Positions 11,573-22,329 of a stretch of DNA of 64,000 nt are shown here, piece by piece. A program made the position numbers and the translations under genes. Location: NCBI GenBank assembly GCA_019828565.1, contig JAHDYR010000005.1:1677308-1741307 (forward strand), written 5' to 3'. The stretch's first letter is position 1. Each line of letters starts with the position of its first letter. The notes under the pieces are model-generated. The model saw only the letters and a list, made by a program, of their open reading frames with translations. It searched no databases and was not told the DNA's origin. Source of the stretch: Carpediemonas membranifera BICM. Taxonomy: Eukaryota; Protista; Fornicata.

Positions 11573-12220
11573 TTGGTCAAAGTACTGGAAGTTGATCGAT
11601 ACTACGACACTGAAGACACTAATATGGAACCAAACGACCCGTTTGCTTATCAGAGTGCTCCTCTCCGTCAGCTTCTCCGAGATGAGGAGGCTTCATTCAG
11701 AGACGCCAACAAAAACCGCAACGTATTCCGCCTTGACACCTCCTGCCGCGAGCTGTTCTTCGTTGGCTGGCATAGAATGGACAGCGAGCCCGCTGAACTC
11801 GACCCGGACGCACTCCTCCCGTTATTGTTCGAGCAGTTTAAGGAGGGAACAGTAGTGTCGCCCTCGACGGGCCGAATCATGCCGGTGCAGTGGACTGGGT
11901 CTAGTATGTGGGATGGGGTACTGGATGTGTTGCAGAAGCACGCTATTCCAACTATTACCGCCTCCCACTCCTCCGACAGGATTGCCATCGTGATCAAGTC
12001 AGTCAACTGCAACAATTGGCGTACCGGGGACCTGTACGAGGAGGCGAAGACCATGCTCCCCTCTACTGTCACTGTTGTTGAAGACTATCATTCACCCGAC
12101 GCTGTGCTACACATTCATGCGGTTGGTGGCAGTGTGTTCGTCGCCGTCAGCCAGACATGGGCCGATTATGAGTCGTGGAGGGTTGCTAGGTGGTGCAGGA
12201 TCGCGAAGAGTGAAGTTTAG
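11573..12220 (+). CDS. Hypothetical protein
   Basis: 215-aa ORF with globular-looking composition. Start uncertain. Confidence 0.45.
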   Translation: MVKVLEVDRYYDTEDTNMEPNDPFAYQSAPLRQLLRDEEASFRDANKNRNVFRLDTSCRELFFVGWHRMDSEPAELDPDALLPLLFEQFKEGTVVSPSTGRIMPVQWTGSSMWDGVLDVLQKHAIPTITASHSSDRIAIVIKSVNCNNWRTGDLYEEAKTMLPSTVTVVEDYHSPDAVLHIHAVGGSVFVAVSQTWADYESWRVARWCRIAKSEV

Positions 12221-12418
12221 TCCCGTTTAAACATCTTATTAACTTTGACTTTGGACTTCAGTCACTGGGACTTGGGGAAATATACGCACTGCCGACACCA
12301 ACAGCGGATCAACGCACTGCAGCCGACCCAGTCCAGGACTTGTATCCGAACTCGACGTCAGTAAGGACGATTTCAAACTGTTCAATCATTCTCTGGCATT
12401 GGCACTTGCCAACCGGCA

Positions 12419-13102
12419 ATGAGTACCACCCTTGTTCTTGTAGCGTTCTTTGCCACTCTGGTCCTATTTGAGCTGGGTTTACTCGTATTTGTGACAGTTA
12501 CATGCGCTGCAAGTCTCCTCAGCGTCATCTTGCTTGTTCTCTTACAGATGCGCCTCAACCATGTCGCCAGGCTCAAGCAGGAGAATGCTCGCATTGCAGC
12601 AAAGGAAAAGGTGAAGAAAGACAGCGCTCATGCGTTGCTCCTTGCCTACCAGCTTCAAACCATGGCTAAGCGCCGAGGAGACAACAGGACAGAGAGTCCA
12701 GTGCCGAGGCCACCAGCGCACGCGGACACGGACATCTATGTGCAGCGCTTACCGCCACCCCCAAAGACGTCCAATCATGAGGCTCCATTGGCATCGTTAT
12801 CAGCCAACAACGAGCTTAATACTGAGAGCGTGATGAAGTCTATTTCAGTCGAGTTCAGTGACCCAGACGCTTCGTCAGACTCCAACGAGTCACCTGACAC
12901 TTGTGGTGCCGACGTGGATGAAAGGACGATGATGTCGACAGCCGTCACTGAGTACAGCGCCACGATGATCCCGCCCCTGCAACCATCGGAGACCGGAGAC
13001 GCTATGCCTGATTCCATTGTTGTTGAGGAGTTTGAGGCCGAGGAGGAGTCAGACGGGTTTTGGGCGGGGGAGACTGAACCCACCGTCTCGGGGCCTGCCT
13101 GA
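12419..13102 (+). CDS. Hypothetical membrane protein (N-terminal hydrophobic hairpin, acidic tail)
   Basis: About 40 hydrophobic N-terminal residues, then a coiled coil and an acidic disordered tail. Confidence 0.55.
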   Translation: MSTTLVLVAFFATLVLFELGLLVFVTVTCAASLLSVILLVLLQMRLNHVARLKQENARIAAKEKVKKDSAHALLLAYQLQTMAKRRGDNRTESPVPRPPAHADTDIYVQRLPPPPKTSNHEAPLASLSANNELNTESVMKSISVEFSDPDASSDSNESPDTCGADVDERTMMSTAVTEYSATMIPPLQPSETGDAMPDSIVVEEFEAEEESDGFWAGETEPTVSGPA

Positions 13103-13278
13103 GAGGTTACATGTGTACATTAGTTTCTCATAAATCATTCAGTCGGCTCGTCGGACTGATGTGAGGATGCTGTGTGGCAATGGAGCATGAGTGACTCTGG
13201 TCCGGTCAGCAACACTTTTCAACGATGCGATGAAATAGCGAACTTTGCTTACGAACCCGGAAATAATGTACGAAAGCG

Positions 13279-14649
13279 ATGAATCGGCTGATGGACGCCT
13301 TGACACCGATGATAGACGATATGGACGAAGGCATGGAGACGATCGAGGACCTCGACGACACCCAGAGCGAAGAGGACCCCTCTGACATCGAGTTCCCCAC
13401 TGAGTACAACTTCTGCACCCCCACAGGCAACGCTATCGACCTTATGGAGCGCTACGAGGCCACTAGAAGCGAACAGGACTTCACCTCTGCCGACCAGTAC
13501 GGCCTCCGAGCCCTCAAGTCCGTCCTTAGCGCCCATGACCGTGCCTACCTCATCCACCCCGCCGTCATGGGCCCTGGAGGCGACTGGAAGCTTGCTCGCT
13601 TCCTCCGTTCCACAGATCACGACGTGACCGAGACAGTGCGACGATTGTATGAATACGCCGTCTTCAGGCACATGTGGAACCTCGACGACTTGAGAATCGG
13701 TGACGTCAAGGATGATGTGATCAAATACCAGTACTTCTTCCTCCCCGAGGAGTTCAAGTCCGGCGACGCCATCATTTGCCTCCATCTGGCATACCCAGAT
13801 GGGGTCCCATCCACCGAGAGCATCGCCAGAGCTTTCCTCTACCTTGCCGAGACCCTAGACAGGGAGCATGCCGAGTGCTTCTCCCAGTGTGGCTACCTCG
13901 TCTCCTTCAAGGGCTATAAGCTCCGTCACTACACCAACAAGTATGAGCGCCTCATTGTTAACATCATTGAGAACAGCTACCCCGGACGTGCATCTCTTTC
14001 TTTCGGCATCCACACCCCGATCTTCGCCAGGCTTCTCTATCGAGTCATCAGCAGCTACGTACCGCCACACTTGAGAAAGTGTATAGTCATAACGAGCGCT
14101 GAGGTTCTTCATAACGTTGTCAACCCCGATATCCTCCCTAAAATGCTCGGGGGTAACTCTGACTACGACGAGCTCCAGTTTGTGAAAGACCGCGAGCAGG
14201 TCGAGGGAACTCTTGCCGCCCACAAGCCCCACAGGCTTCTCTCCACGATGCTCGACGGCATGGGCATCCCTCCCCGCAGGATAGAGCTCGAACGTCCACC
14301 GGGAGTGATTAAGGTGGGCCCAGGTTCGAAGAGGATCACCGCTGGGCGATGGAAGAGTTACGTCATGGTGTTGACAGAGGACTTGCTGTTGTACTACAGC
14401 GACGCGGACGCCGTGCAGCCCAATAACGGGATCCTCCTTGGACGTTCAGTCGTTGTTAGCTCTCGCCATCGTATGGTCAGAGGCCACGTTCTCGCCATAC
14501 GATCGGATCAGAAACTATACGAGTTCGGCCTGAAGTCCAAGGATGAACGGGACGAGTGGAAGGAGGTCATTCAGAGAGCTATTGGCGAGGCGACAGTAAG
14601 GACGGAGGCGGAGCTGAGAGCAAAGGCGGAGGGGCCAAGTGTAGAGTAA
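13279..14649 (+). CDS. CRAL-TRIO (Sec14-like) plus C-terminal PH domain protein
   Basis: LARFLRS, YPGR, IHTP and LPKMLGG CRAL-TRIO motifs. PH domain WKSYVMVLTEDLLLYY...ERDEWKEVIQ. Confidence 0.85.
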   Translation: MNRLMDALTPMIDDMDEGMETIEDLDDTQSEEDPSDIEFPTEYNFCTPTGNAIDLMERYEATRSEQDFTSADQYGLRALKSVLSAHDRAYLIHPAVMGPGGDWKLARFLRSTDHDVTETVRRLYEYAVFRHMWNLDDLRIGDVKDDVIKYQYFFLPEEFKSGDAIICLHLAYPDGVPSTESIARAFLYLAETLDREHAECFSQCGYLVSFKGYKLRHYTNKYERLIVNIIENSYPGRASLSFGIHTPIFARLLYRVISSYVPPHLRKCIVITSAEVLHNVVNPDILPKMLGGNSDYDELQFVKDREQVEGTLAAHKPHRLLSTMLDGMGIPPRRIELERPPGVIKVGPGSKRITAGRWKSYVMVLTEDLLLYYSDADAVQPNNGILLGRSVVVSSRHRMVRGHVLAIRSDQKLYEFGLKSKDERDEWKEVIQRAIGEATVRTEAELRAKAEGPSVE

Positions 14650-14711
14650 AAATAATAATAAACCGTGACTTTTATTATAAGGCGTGATGCAATCGACCGG
14701 AGGCTTGGTGT

Positions 14712-15503
14712 TCATGGTTTCCGTATCAAGACAGCCATCCAGATCTCGACTGCAGGATCCGCAAAAGTCTTGATCGATCCATACGACTGATCTATCGTAT
14801 CCACATTCAAATTGGCCATAGCATCTCGCGTGTACCTTGCGACCTTGTGGGTCACAGGCACTCCATCAAACGAAAGCTCCTGAATGAGCTCGTCATAACG
14901 GGCCGCTACAGACAGCACGAGGCCGGCTTTGGCGCACTCTTCGCGTAGGCTGGGGATGTGTACAAGGTTGACCACCTCCTCCCAGCCGTAGACCTCGACG
15001 TGGGCGCATACTCCCCATTTGCTGGTGCGGTATGATGGATCTAAATGGCGCAGTTTAACGCCAGGCCAGACCTTGTTGGACTTTTGGTCAGCGTAGACCC
15101 GAGCGATGGTGCCGGCGTCGATCAGTTCACCGAAGAGACAGCCACCAGATTGTAAGCTTGCGCTTGCCCAAGTTAGGAAAGCTCTGGTGGTATTTGGCTC
15201 AGCAAAGAACTCGTGGAAGTTCTCAAAGCAGAACATATGATGGACCGGGGGCGATATTGCAGGCATTTGGAATGTTTGAGTGAATAGCATCAGGCTGGGG
15301 GGCAGACCTTCGCGGGGGACAGCTGCCGATTGAAGGAGATTCAACGACATCCCTATCTTAAGAGCCTTGGCAGTTTCTACCATCCTTTTGATGCGATACA
15401 TCGTTGTTTTGCCACTCACAAGGTTCCTTTTGTCGGATGACTGACGCACAGAGTTGACGTACACGTGAAACTGGACAACGCCTTGAGTCATGAACCTCTC
15501 CAT
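14712..15503 (-). CDS. Divergent mRNA cap guanine-N7 methyltransferase-like protein (5' exon probably in 15600-15790)
   Basis: FCFENFHEFFAE...LQSGGCLFGELIDA and E...LVHIPSL match the RNMT/Abd1 C-terminal half. No canonical SAM-binding motif is evident. Confidence 0.55.
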   Translation of the reverse strand: MERFMTQGVVQFHVYVNSVRQSSDKRNLVSGKTTMYRIKRMVETAKALKIGMSLNLLQSAAVPREGLPPSLMLFTQTFQMPAISPPVHHMFCFENFHEFFAEPNTTRAFLTWASASLQSGGCLFGELIDAGTIARVYADQKSNKVWPGVKLRHLDPSYRTSKWGVCAHVEVYGWEEVVNLVHIPSLREECAKAGLVLSVAARYDELIQELSFDGVPVTHKVARYTRDAMANLNVDTIDQSYGSIKTFADPAVEIWMAVLIRKP

Positions 15504-15834
15504 GTCTAAAAAATCAATAAAGTTGAGGATGGCGATGTGCCATTTGGGGCTAATATACTCCTTGTCCCCAAACGAGTGCTTCTCGGGTGGAATAAGAGTA
15601 TCTATTGCCAGTTGACGTCCCCACTGCGTAAGTTGATGAACTGCCCATACAAACCTTCCGCAGCAAGTCCGGGTTGTTCATTTTGCTCATCCCGACAGCT
15701 TGCGAGCATAAACTGCACTTTGCAGAAAAACACCGGAGTGACCCTAGGCACCTTATCCGAGCGAGCCCGGGGTCCGTAGGCGATGGCTGACCACGCCATC
15801 GAATCAGATCCGGACCGTTCTTGAGAACGAGTAC

Positions 15835-16926
15835 ATGGCAGCCGCTGGTCAAAGCTACACTATTGGTTCCCTGAATGTCCACTTCTTTGAATGTGAAGCT
15901 AATCACGATATATGCTCCTTTTTCGCCACGGATATTGCGAAGAGCGGCCACAGGCTGGATGTCTTATGTGTCCAGGAGTGCATCCTGAATCATCTGTGTA
16001 CCAGGCCGAACGGACGAACATATAGCATCGAAATATGCCCCTTTTACGCCGGAAAGAAGGGTGAGAATGCCGAGAGGATCGAGCTCTACTACACCATGAC
16101 GGAGGATGAGGTCGAACGCCACCTATGCGCCTCCTTTGGTGTCTCTCCACAGGCCATAACCATCTACGAACAGCCTAAAGAATCATCCACGCGCGTTCCA
16201 CTGACTCATCACGCTCTCCGCAGGCACATGACCAAGCCATGCTATATCAGACTCAACCCAGACCATGGGCCGGCCACCGTTGGGCAGGAGTATACACTGG
16301 GCAGACTAGCGCATACCCTGGACATGCCCTATGTGGCTTTCGGGACATCTATGCCTGGGAACCTCGGATTCTTCGGCAATGCAGTGCTTTCGAGAGTACC
16401 GTTCACCGAGGCAATGTGCCGACAGCTAGAGAGCACACCAGAGCTGCAGGTATCATGCCCACCACCATGGGAGTATCCTCAGACGAGAGGTCTGACCACA
16501 GTCTGTCTCCCTGGCCTCAGGCTTGCTGTCGTTCATCTAGACCATGTTTACGAGCAACTCCGGACACATCAATTGATTACTGTGGCTGAGACACTCTCTG
16601 GCTCGGCGCCGACCCTTCTTATCGGCGACTTCAACAGCCTCCGACAGTGTGACTACTCTGAAAGCCAGTGGGCTAGCATCGTCTCGATCAGAGAGAAGAA
16701 TAGGTGGGAGGAGCCTCGACCCGAAGTCATGGAGACAGCACTCAGCCTGGGCTTCCGAGACAGCTTTTATGAGGTCAATCCGAATGCTCTACCCGCCCCT
16801 ACATGTCGCTTCAACACCAGGGTTGACTATGGCATGTTGAAGGGGGCGATTAGTGCGTTGGAGTACGGGACATATCACAGTCATAGTGACCATCAGCTGC
16901 TGGTGGTTAAGGTAAAGGTCGGGTGA
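15835..16926 (+). CDS. Endonuclease/exonuclease/phosphatase (EEP) family protein
   Basis: SLNVH, DVLCVQE, GNAVLSR, HLDH, GDFN, RVDY and SDH motifs in canonical order. Confidence 0.85.
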   Translation: MAAAGQSYTIGSLNVHFFECEANHDICSFFATDIAKSGHRLDVLCVQECILNHLCTRPNGRTYSIEICPFYAGKKGENAERIELYYTMTEDEVERHLCASFGVSPQAITIYEQPKESSTRVPLTHHALRRHMTKPCYIRLNPDHGPATVGQEYTLGRLAHTLDMPYVAFGTSMPGNLGFFGNAVLSRVPFTEAMCRQLESTPELQVSCPPPWEYPQTRGLTTVCLPGLRLAVVHLDHVYEQLRTHQLITVAETLSGSAPTLLIGDFNSLRQCDYSESQWASIVSIREKNRWEEPRPEVMETALSLGFRDSFYEVNPNALPAPTCRFNTRVDYGMLKGAISALEYGTYHSHSDHQLLVVKVKVG

Positions 16927-17081
16927 GGGTTTGGGTGGTAAATGTGTGGATGGTGCTAGGTGGCGGGCTGGAATGGGGTGGGGGAGGGGATGGAGTCAGC
17001 CATTATATGACAATCCTCGGTTTTCTCAAGATCCGATGCGATTTTGGTCCAGTGGCTCATCCTTCGTGCAACTCAACAACG

Positions 17082-17933
17082 ATGCACCCGTTTCATTACT
17101 TTAAGGTCGTTGGAGCGTGCTTCGGCTTCCTTTCTATCCTTTCTTGGATTTTTAGTGCTGCGCCGCAAGTAATCAAGAACTTCAGGCGCCAAAGCACCGA
17201 GGGATTCTCTATTTTCTTCATGAGTTACTGGTTTCTCGGCGATCTGACCAATCTCATTGGTGCGATCATCACAGGCGCGGTATGGACACAAATCCTGCAG
17301 GCTGTATACTTCTGTTCGATGGATACCGTCCTTCTTTTACAATTCCTTCTGTTCAACCGCCACGTTTGGCCGCGGATCACAGCTTTCATCAAGCGAATCC
17401 TTCGGGGAAGCCCCAGTCCGGCCGAAGACAGTGATGGCGACTCGCGTCCCCTCTTAGATGAAGTCAGCCTGGCATCTCTGAGCCCGCTCCTCGTGCTGAT
17501 TGGGATACACCTTACTAGCCACCAGAGGCATGACCTCGGCGTTGCTCAGGGCATCCTCGGTGAACTTATCGGCTACGTGAGTGCTTTGTGCTACCTGTCG
17601 AGCCGTGTACCGCAAGTTTACCACAACATCAAGGCACACAGTGTAGATGGGATAAGCCCTCTCATGTTTGTCCTGGCTGTGTGCGGGAACGGTACATATG
17701 TTATCAGTATCATACTCAGTGCTCCGTACGAACATGGCTGGAGTACCGTCAAGTCCTTTTTCCTCAGGGAAATCCCATGGATCTTGGGGTCGGCCGGAAC
17801 GTTCGTGTTTGATTTCACCATCATCATTCAGTGCTTTTACTACATCTTGATAAGGCCAAGGTTTGTTAAGCCTGCTGCACATGAGGATGAGGCGGACCTC
17901 TTGGAAGCGAGCGAAGATGAGCAGGCTTTATAA
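17082..17933 (+). CDS. PQ-loop lysosomal amino-acid transporter (PQLC2/Ypq-like)
   Basis: Two PQ motifs (AAPQVIKNFRRQSTEG, SRVPQVYHN), multiple TM helices, PWILGS motif and a dileucine-type tail. Confidence 0.88.
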   Translation: MHPFHYFKVVGACFGFLSILSWIFSAAPQVIKNFRRQSTEGFSIFFMSYWFLGDLTNLIGAIITGAVWTQILQAVYFCSMDTVLLLQFLLFNRHVWPRITAFIKRILRGSPSPAEDSDGDSRPLLDEVSLASLSPLLVLIGIHLTSHQRHDLGVAQGILGELIGYVSALCYLSSRVPQVYHNIKAHSVDGISPLMFVLAVCGNGTYVISIILSAPYEHGWSTVKSFFLREIPWILGSAGTFVFDFTIIIQCFYYILIRPRFVKPAAHEDEADLLEASEDEQAL

Positions 17934-17992
17934 AACGGGATATTTACCACTGACAGGTTGATATACATGTTACATACGGTCATACAGTAACT

Positions 17993-18568
17993 CTAATCCG
18001 CCCTGAAGCTTCCAACTGGCGACATCAACAGTGTGGTCTCCTCCGACCTAAGCTTAGCCTCAGCAGCAGCAGACACCCTTCCAGCGAAGTCGTTGAGTAC
18101 ACCCCGCAGGCTGTCCAGTCTCTCTGGTGCAAGGTTAGTCTGATACGAGGCCATTGAGGCGAACAATGCGGGGAGGTGGGGTAAGTCTGCAGTTTCTGTG
18201 TCCTTGGTGAGCCAGAGGATGAAGCACGAGGAGTGAGGAATAGCCCCGTCAACGATCTTTTGGTACCAGAAGGCGAGGCTGTCCACACAGCCGGGGTTGT
18301 TGGGGTTGAGCACAATGACTGCTCCATGGACGGCTTTGCGGACAAGAATGAAGTTGTTCACTGCGGAAGCTTCGCCAGAAAGGTCCCATATTTGAAGATT
18401 AATGGGCTCATCGTCAGCAATTGCAGTGGTTTCCACGATTCGGAGGTTCTTGGTCGGATCGTACTTGACAGCAGGAGTATCGCGGAGACCGGCCCACATC
18501 ATGGATACCTGTGTTTTACCCACCATGTTTGGTCCACAGAGAACGATTCTAGTCGGCAGAGAAGCCAT
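17993..18568 (-). CDS. IFT22: Intraflagellar transport small GTPase IFT22/RABL5-like
   Basis: GPNMVGKT P-loop, YDPTKNLRIVE, IWDLSG and HGAVIV. No C-terminal prenylation motif. Confidence 0.7.
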   Translation of the reverse strand: MASLPTRIVLCGPNMVGKTQVSMMWAGLRDTPAVKYDPTKNLRIVETTAIADDEPINLQIWDLSGEASAVNNFILVRKAVHGAVIVLNPNNPGCVDSLAFWYQKIVDGAIPHSSCFILWLTKDTETADLPHLPALFASMASYQTNLAPERLDSLRGVLNDFAGRVSAAAEAKLRSEETTLLMSPVGSFRAD

Positions 18569-18841
18569 TTTTTCTGATTTGTGCAATGAAGGATGGCGAA
18601 AACTGCGATGTCACTCGGACCCCACAATAGCACGGGAGGGAGGTGCTGGCGAAGTAGGTGTCATTTGAGCGCCAAGCTGACTCATTTTTAACTGGATTGA
18701 GTTAAAGGATGATTGCAAAAGTGGTACAAAAGAACGGCCCTATACAGTGTTGTATATGCATTCTAACGCGGCTCAGACTCACTCACACGCACCTTCAGAC
18801 AAAAGATTTTTTCATGCATCATCGCGGCCGGTTAGAGAAGA

Positions 18842-20669
18842 ATGGCTAAGTCCAAGCGTCAGCAACGTCTCGAAGCTGAAAAGTCAGCATCTGCAACTGC
18901 TTCTGCATCGGCTAGTGTTCAGCCCTCGGCGCATGCCTCCGGCACCACCACGCCCGCGGAGCTTTCTGGCACCGGTGCTGCAGTCACTGGTGTCCTTGCT
19001 TCCCGTGAGATTGCCAGCGACGTGAAGATTGTTAACTATTCTCTTCAGGCTCATGGCCAGCAGCTCATCCAGGATACTATCCTCGAGCTCAACCAATCAT
19101 CGCGCGCAGGTCTTCTTGGCCTCAATGGTAGTGGCAAAGTTTGTCTCATTATCTCACCTTATCCAGACCACCATGCTCCGCTCCATCGCTATGCGCGAAG
19201 TTCCGATCCCTGAGCATCTCGACATCTTTTTCCTCGAGAAGGAAGCCCCTCCCGTTGACCAGACGCCCGTCGAGTACATCATTGAGGACATCCAGAAGAT
19301 CATCGACAAGCTTGAGGCTGAGGCCGACGCCATCGTCATTGAGGACCCCGAGGACCCTCGCCTAATCGAGCTTTATGAGAGAATCGATGACCTTGAGCCC
19401 GAGCTCGCCGTCGCCCGCGCCTCCCGTCTGCTCATCGGTCTTCAGTTCTCCAAGGAAATGCGTGCCAAGAAATGCCACGAATTCTCTGGCGGATGGCGCA
19501 TGCGCGTGGCCCTCGCCAAGGCCCTCTTCTACAAGCCCAAGATCCTCCTCCTCGACGACCCCACCGCTCACCTGGACCTCGAGGCCGTTATCTGGCTTGA
19601 AACCGAGCTCGCCAAGTATCCGCACTGCCTTGTGATGGTTTCTCACTCCGCTGATTTCCTTGACGCCGTATGCAACAAGATCATGCTCCTTGAGAACAGA
19701 CACCTGTCATACTGGGGCGGGAACTACTCCTCGTACCTCAGGGCCAGACAGGATAAGGAAGTGGATCAGATGGCACGGTATAAGAAGGAGCAGGCCGAGC
19801 TCGCCTCTGCCAAGTCCTTTGTCGCCAGGTTTGGTCACGGTACCGCTAAGAACGCTCGCCAGGCCAAGTCCCGTGAGAAGAAAATCGCCCGTATGGTCGA
19901 GGACGGCCTCACTGAGAAGGTATCGACCCAAAAGACTCTGACCTTCCGTTTCCCCGACGTGAGGAAGCTCCCCACACCCGTCCTGCAGATGAACGGCGTG
20001 ATGTTCGGCTACCCTAACTCTCCCATCCTCTACGAGAACGTCTGGGCCTCTCTCGACATGGATTCACGTGTCTGCCTCGTCGGTGCCAACGGTGCGGGCA
20101 AGAGCACGCTCATGAAGCTCTTTTCCCAGGAACTTCTGCCTCTCAACGGAGAGGTGCGGGCCCATACCCATCTCCGCATCGGCCGGTACCACCAGCATCT
20201 CGCAGACGCACTAGACCTTGAGCAGACGCCTCTCGAGTTCCTGATGAGCAAGGATGAGCATGACACGGAGCTGTCCATCATGCGGCAGAAGCTGGGCAGC
20301 TACGGTCTTTCTGGTAAGATGCAGGTGACCCGCATCGGTCAGCTCAGTGATGGGCAGCGTGTGCGCGTGTGCTTTGCCTGGCTTGGCATCCAGAACCCCA
20401 ACATCCTGTTCCTCGATGAGCCTACCAACAGCCTAGACCTTGAGACTATCGATTCTCTCGCCGCTTGCCTCGAGTGCTACAGTGGCGGTGTTCTCTTGAT
20501 TTCTCACGATTTCCGGCTCGTGAACGCTGTTGCGAACGAGATCTGGATCTGCGAGGACGGAAAGATCGAGCGGTACCCCGACAACAAGACCATCGTTGAC
20601 TATAAGGAGGAGATGCGCCGCAGCCTGGAGGAGAAGCAGGAGTCGGAGGCAATGGAGATTAAGGAGTAA
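18842..20669 (+). CDS. ABCF2: ABC-F family translation ATPase; intron 19139-19166
   Basis: Two NBDs (GLNGSGK/TT, FSGGWRMR, GANGAGKS, LSDGQ, LDEPT) and no TM domain. A 28-nt GTTTGT...CCAG intron splits the first P-loop. Confidence 0.93.
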
Positions 20670-20733
20670 ATTCCCGCGGATTCAACGGATTTATTGTGAC
20701 ATGGAGAAATAAGCAGCTACTGGATAAGAAGCA

Positions 20734-20919
20734 TCAAAGCGTGTGCTCTGAATAGCGAGGGAGATTGCGTAGTATGAGGGCAAGCGTTTCTGGGTTGAAT
20801 CCGCCCTCTAGAAGCTCTAAAATCTGCTGAATGTTATATTCATCGATACCATCAACTCCAAGCTCCTTGCATATGTCTAGCGAGGCTCGGACACCTTCAT
20901 ATCCAAATTCGTCCGACAT
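20734..20919 (-). CDS. MZT1: Mitotic-spindle organizing protein 1 (MOZART1)
   Basis: 61-aa protein with the signature LELLEGGFNPETLALIL. Confidence 0.75.
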   Translation of the reverse strand: MSDEFGYEGVRASLDICKELGVDGIDEYNIQQILELLEGGFNPETLALILRNLPRYSEHTL

Positions 20920-21060
20920 TTCGCAGTTTAAGACGGAAAACGCATGTTTGTGACAGACCCCAAAACACACATACGCGCCACATCACACCCTATGGCCTAG
21001 CTGACACTGGTCGGCAGGATCTCGCAGTTTAACCAACATCAATCTTTAACCGACGGACCT

Positions 21061-22242
21061 ATGCCACTATTCTCAAGCTGCCGCAAGCGCTCCATTGATA
21101 ATGGCAGAAGCAAGCCATCTATACGTTCTCGATGGGAATCATGCAAGATATCGGTTGAAGAATCATCCACATTGATGCTGAACCGCATCAACACATTGGC
21201 GCAAGAGCTGGCGGAATATGCTATCAGTGACGAGAACTCCGTGTGTACGAGCGGACTTTCGCTCTATTACAATCTCCTTCTGCTCTTTTCCTCTGCAGGA
21301 AGGGAAACTTGTCCCAGTTCCGACATGATCCTGAAGCTTAGTCTCACGCCGAAGACTATCCTGGCGTTCCAGGTTGTGCTAGATGCCTTGGGCTCTGATG
21401 TTTTGCCAGCAGCGGCAGTTTTTGTCCGTGAGCGGAAGGTTGATTCTGTCATTAATGACACCATCGCGACAACGCAACGAATGCTTCTCCGTTCAACAAC
21501 GCAGCCACTAACCACAGCAGCAGCAGTGAATATGTGGAGCTACAAACACACCAATGGTCGCATCCACGAGGTCCTGTCAGAGGGACTGAAGCCTGAAGAA
21601 CGTATGCTCTTACTGTCGACCTTATGCTTCAAAGCAGACTGGCTCGACCCGTTCGACACACACCTGACAGTCGATCAGCCCTTCAGTCTGCTGTCTGGCG
21701 CCACTGTGCTTGCCCCTACGATGTTCAAAGAGAGCACGGAAGCCCTGTGGGAATCAGATGTGTCAATGGGTTTTGTCAAGCGGTTCAGAGATACGAAGTA
21801 CGATATCAGGGCTCTATTCAGCCTTCCCAAAGACGAAGGGAAGCAGGGCCTGCTCTCCGCCATCAAGGAGCTGTCAACCGCTTTCCCTGAAGAGGAGGCG
21901 TCCTTCGTGAAAATGGCCATCAGTATCCCGCGATTCCAAATCACAAGCTCAACTGACTGCAACGACTTGCTCACCCAGCTCGGGCTCGGCTCCGTCTTTA
22001 GAGATTTTCAGTTTGTAGCAATGGCATCAAGTCCGACCCTGGCCGTCAACCTGGTTCGACAAACAGTTTCAGTACAAGTATGCGAGAAGGGCACGGAGCC
22101 GACACCGTTCTCCGCTGAAGGTGTCGTCGAAGAGACTGAATCGCCAGAGCTTCGCTTCGATAGGCCTTTTGCTTTTGCCCTCATCGGTGGCGAGACTAAC
22201 ACGCGCTTGGCAGTTGCCACCGTCGTCAACCCCTTAGAATAA
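21061..22242 (+). CDS. Serpin family protein
   Basis: FKADWLDPFD, IPRFQI, VCEKGTE, FDRPFAF and VVNP serpin motifs. Confidence 0.85.
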   Translation: MPLFSSCRKRSIDNGRSKPSIRSRWESCKISVEESSTLMLNRINTLAQELAEYAISDENSVCTSGLSLYYNLLLLFSSAGRETCPSSDMILKLSLTPKTILAFQVVLDALGSDVLPAAAVFVRERKVDSVINDTIATTQRMLLRSTTQPLTTAAAVNMWSYKHTNGRIHEVLSEGLKPEERMLLLSTLCFKADWLDPFDTHLTVDQPFSLLSGATVLAPTMFKESTEALWESDVSMGFVKRFRDTKYDIRALFSLPKDEGKQGLLSAIKELSTAFPEEEASFVKMAISIPRFQITSSTDCNDLLTQLGLGSVFRDFQFVAMASSPTLAVNLVRQTVSVQVCEKGTEPTPFSAEGVVEETESPELRFDRPFAFALIGGETNTRLAVATVVNPLE

Positions 22243-22329
22243 AAAATCGGATGGAGCGCAGAATTTAGAAAGTAAAATATCGTATACATGAAGTCCCATA
22301 AAGAAGATTGAAGAGTGAGCAATGAATGC

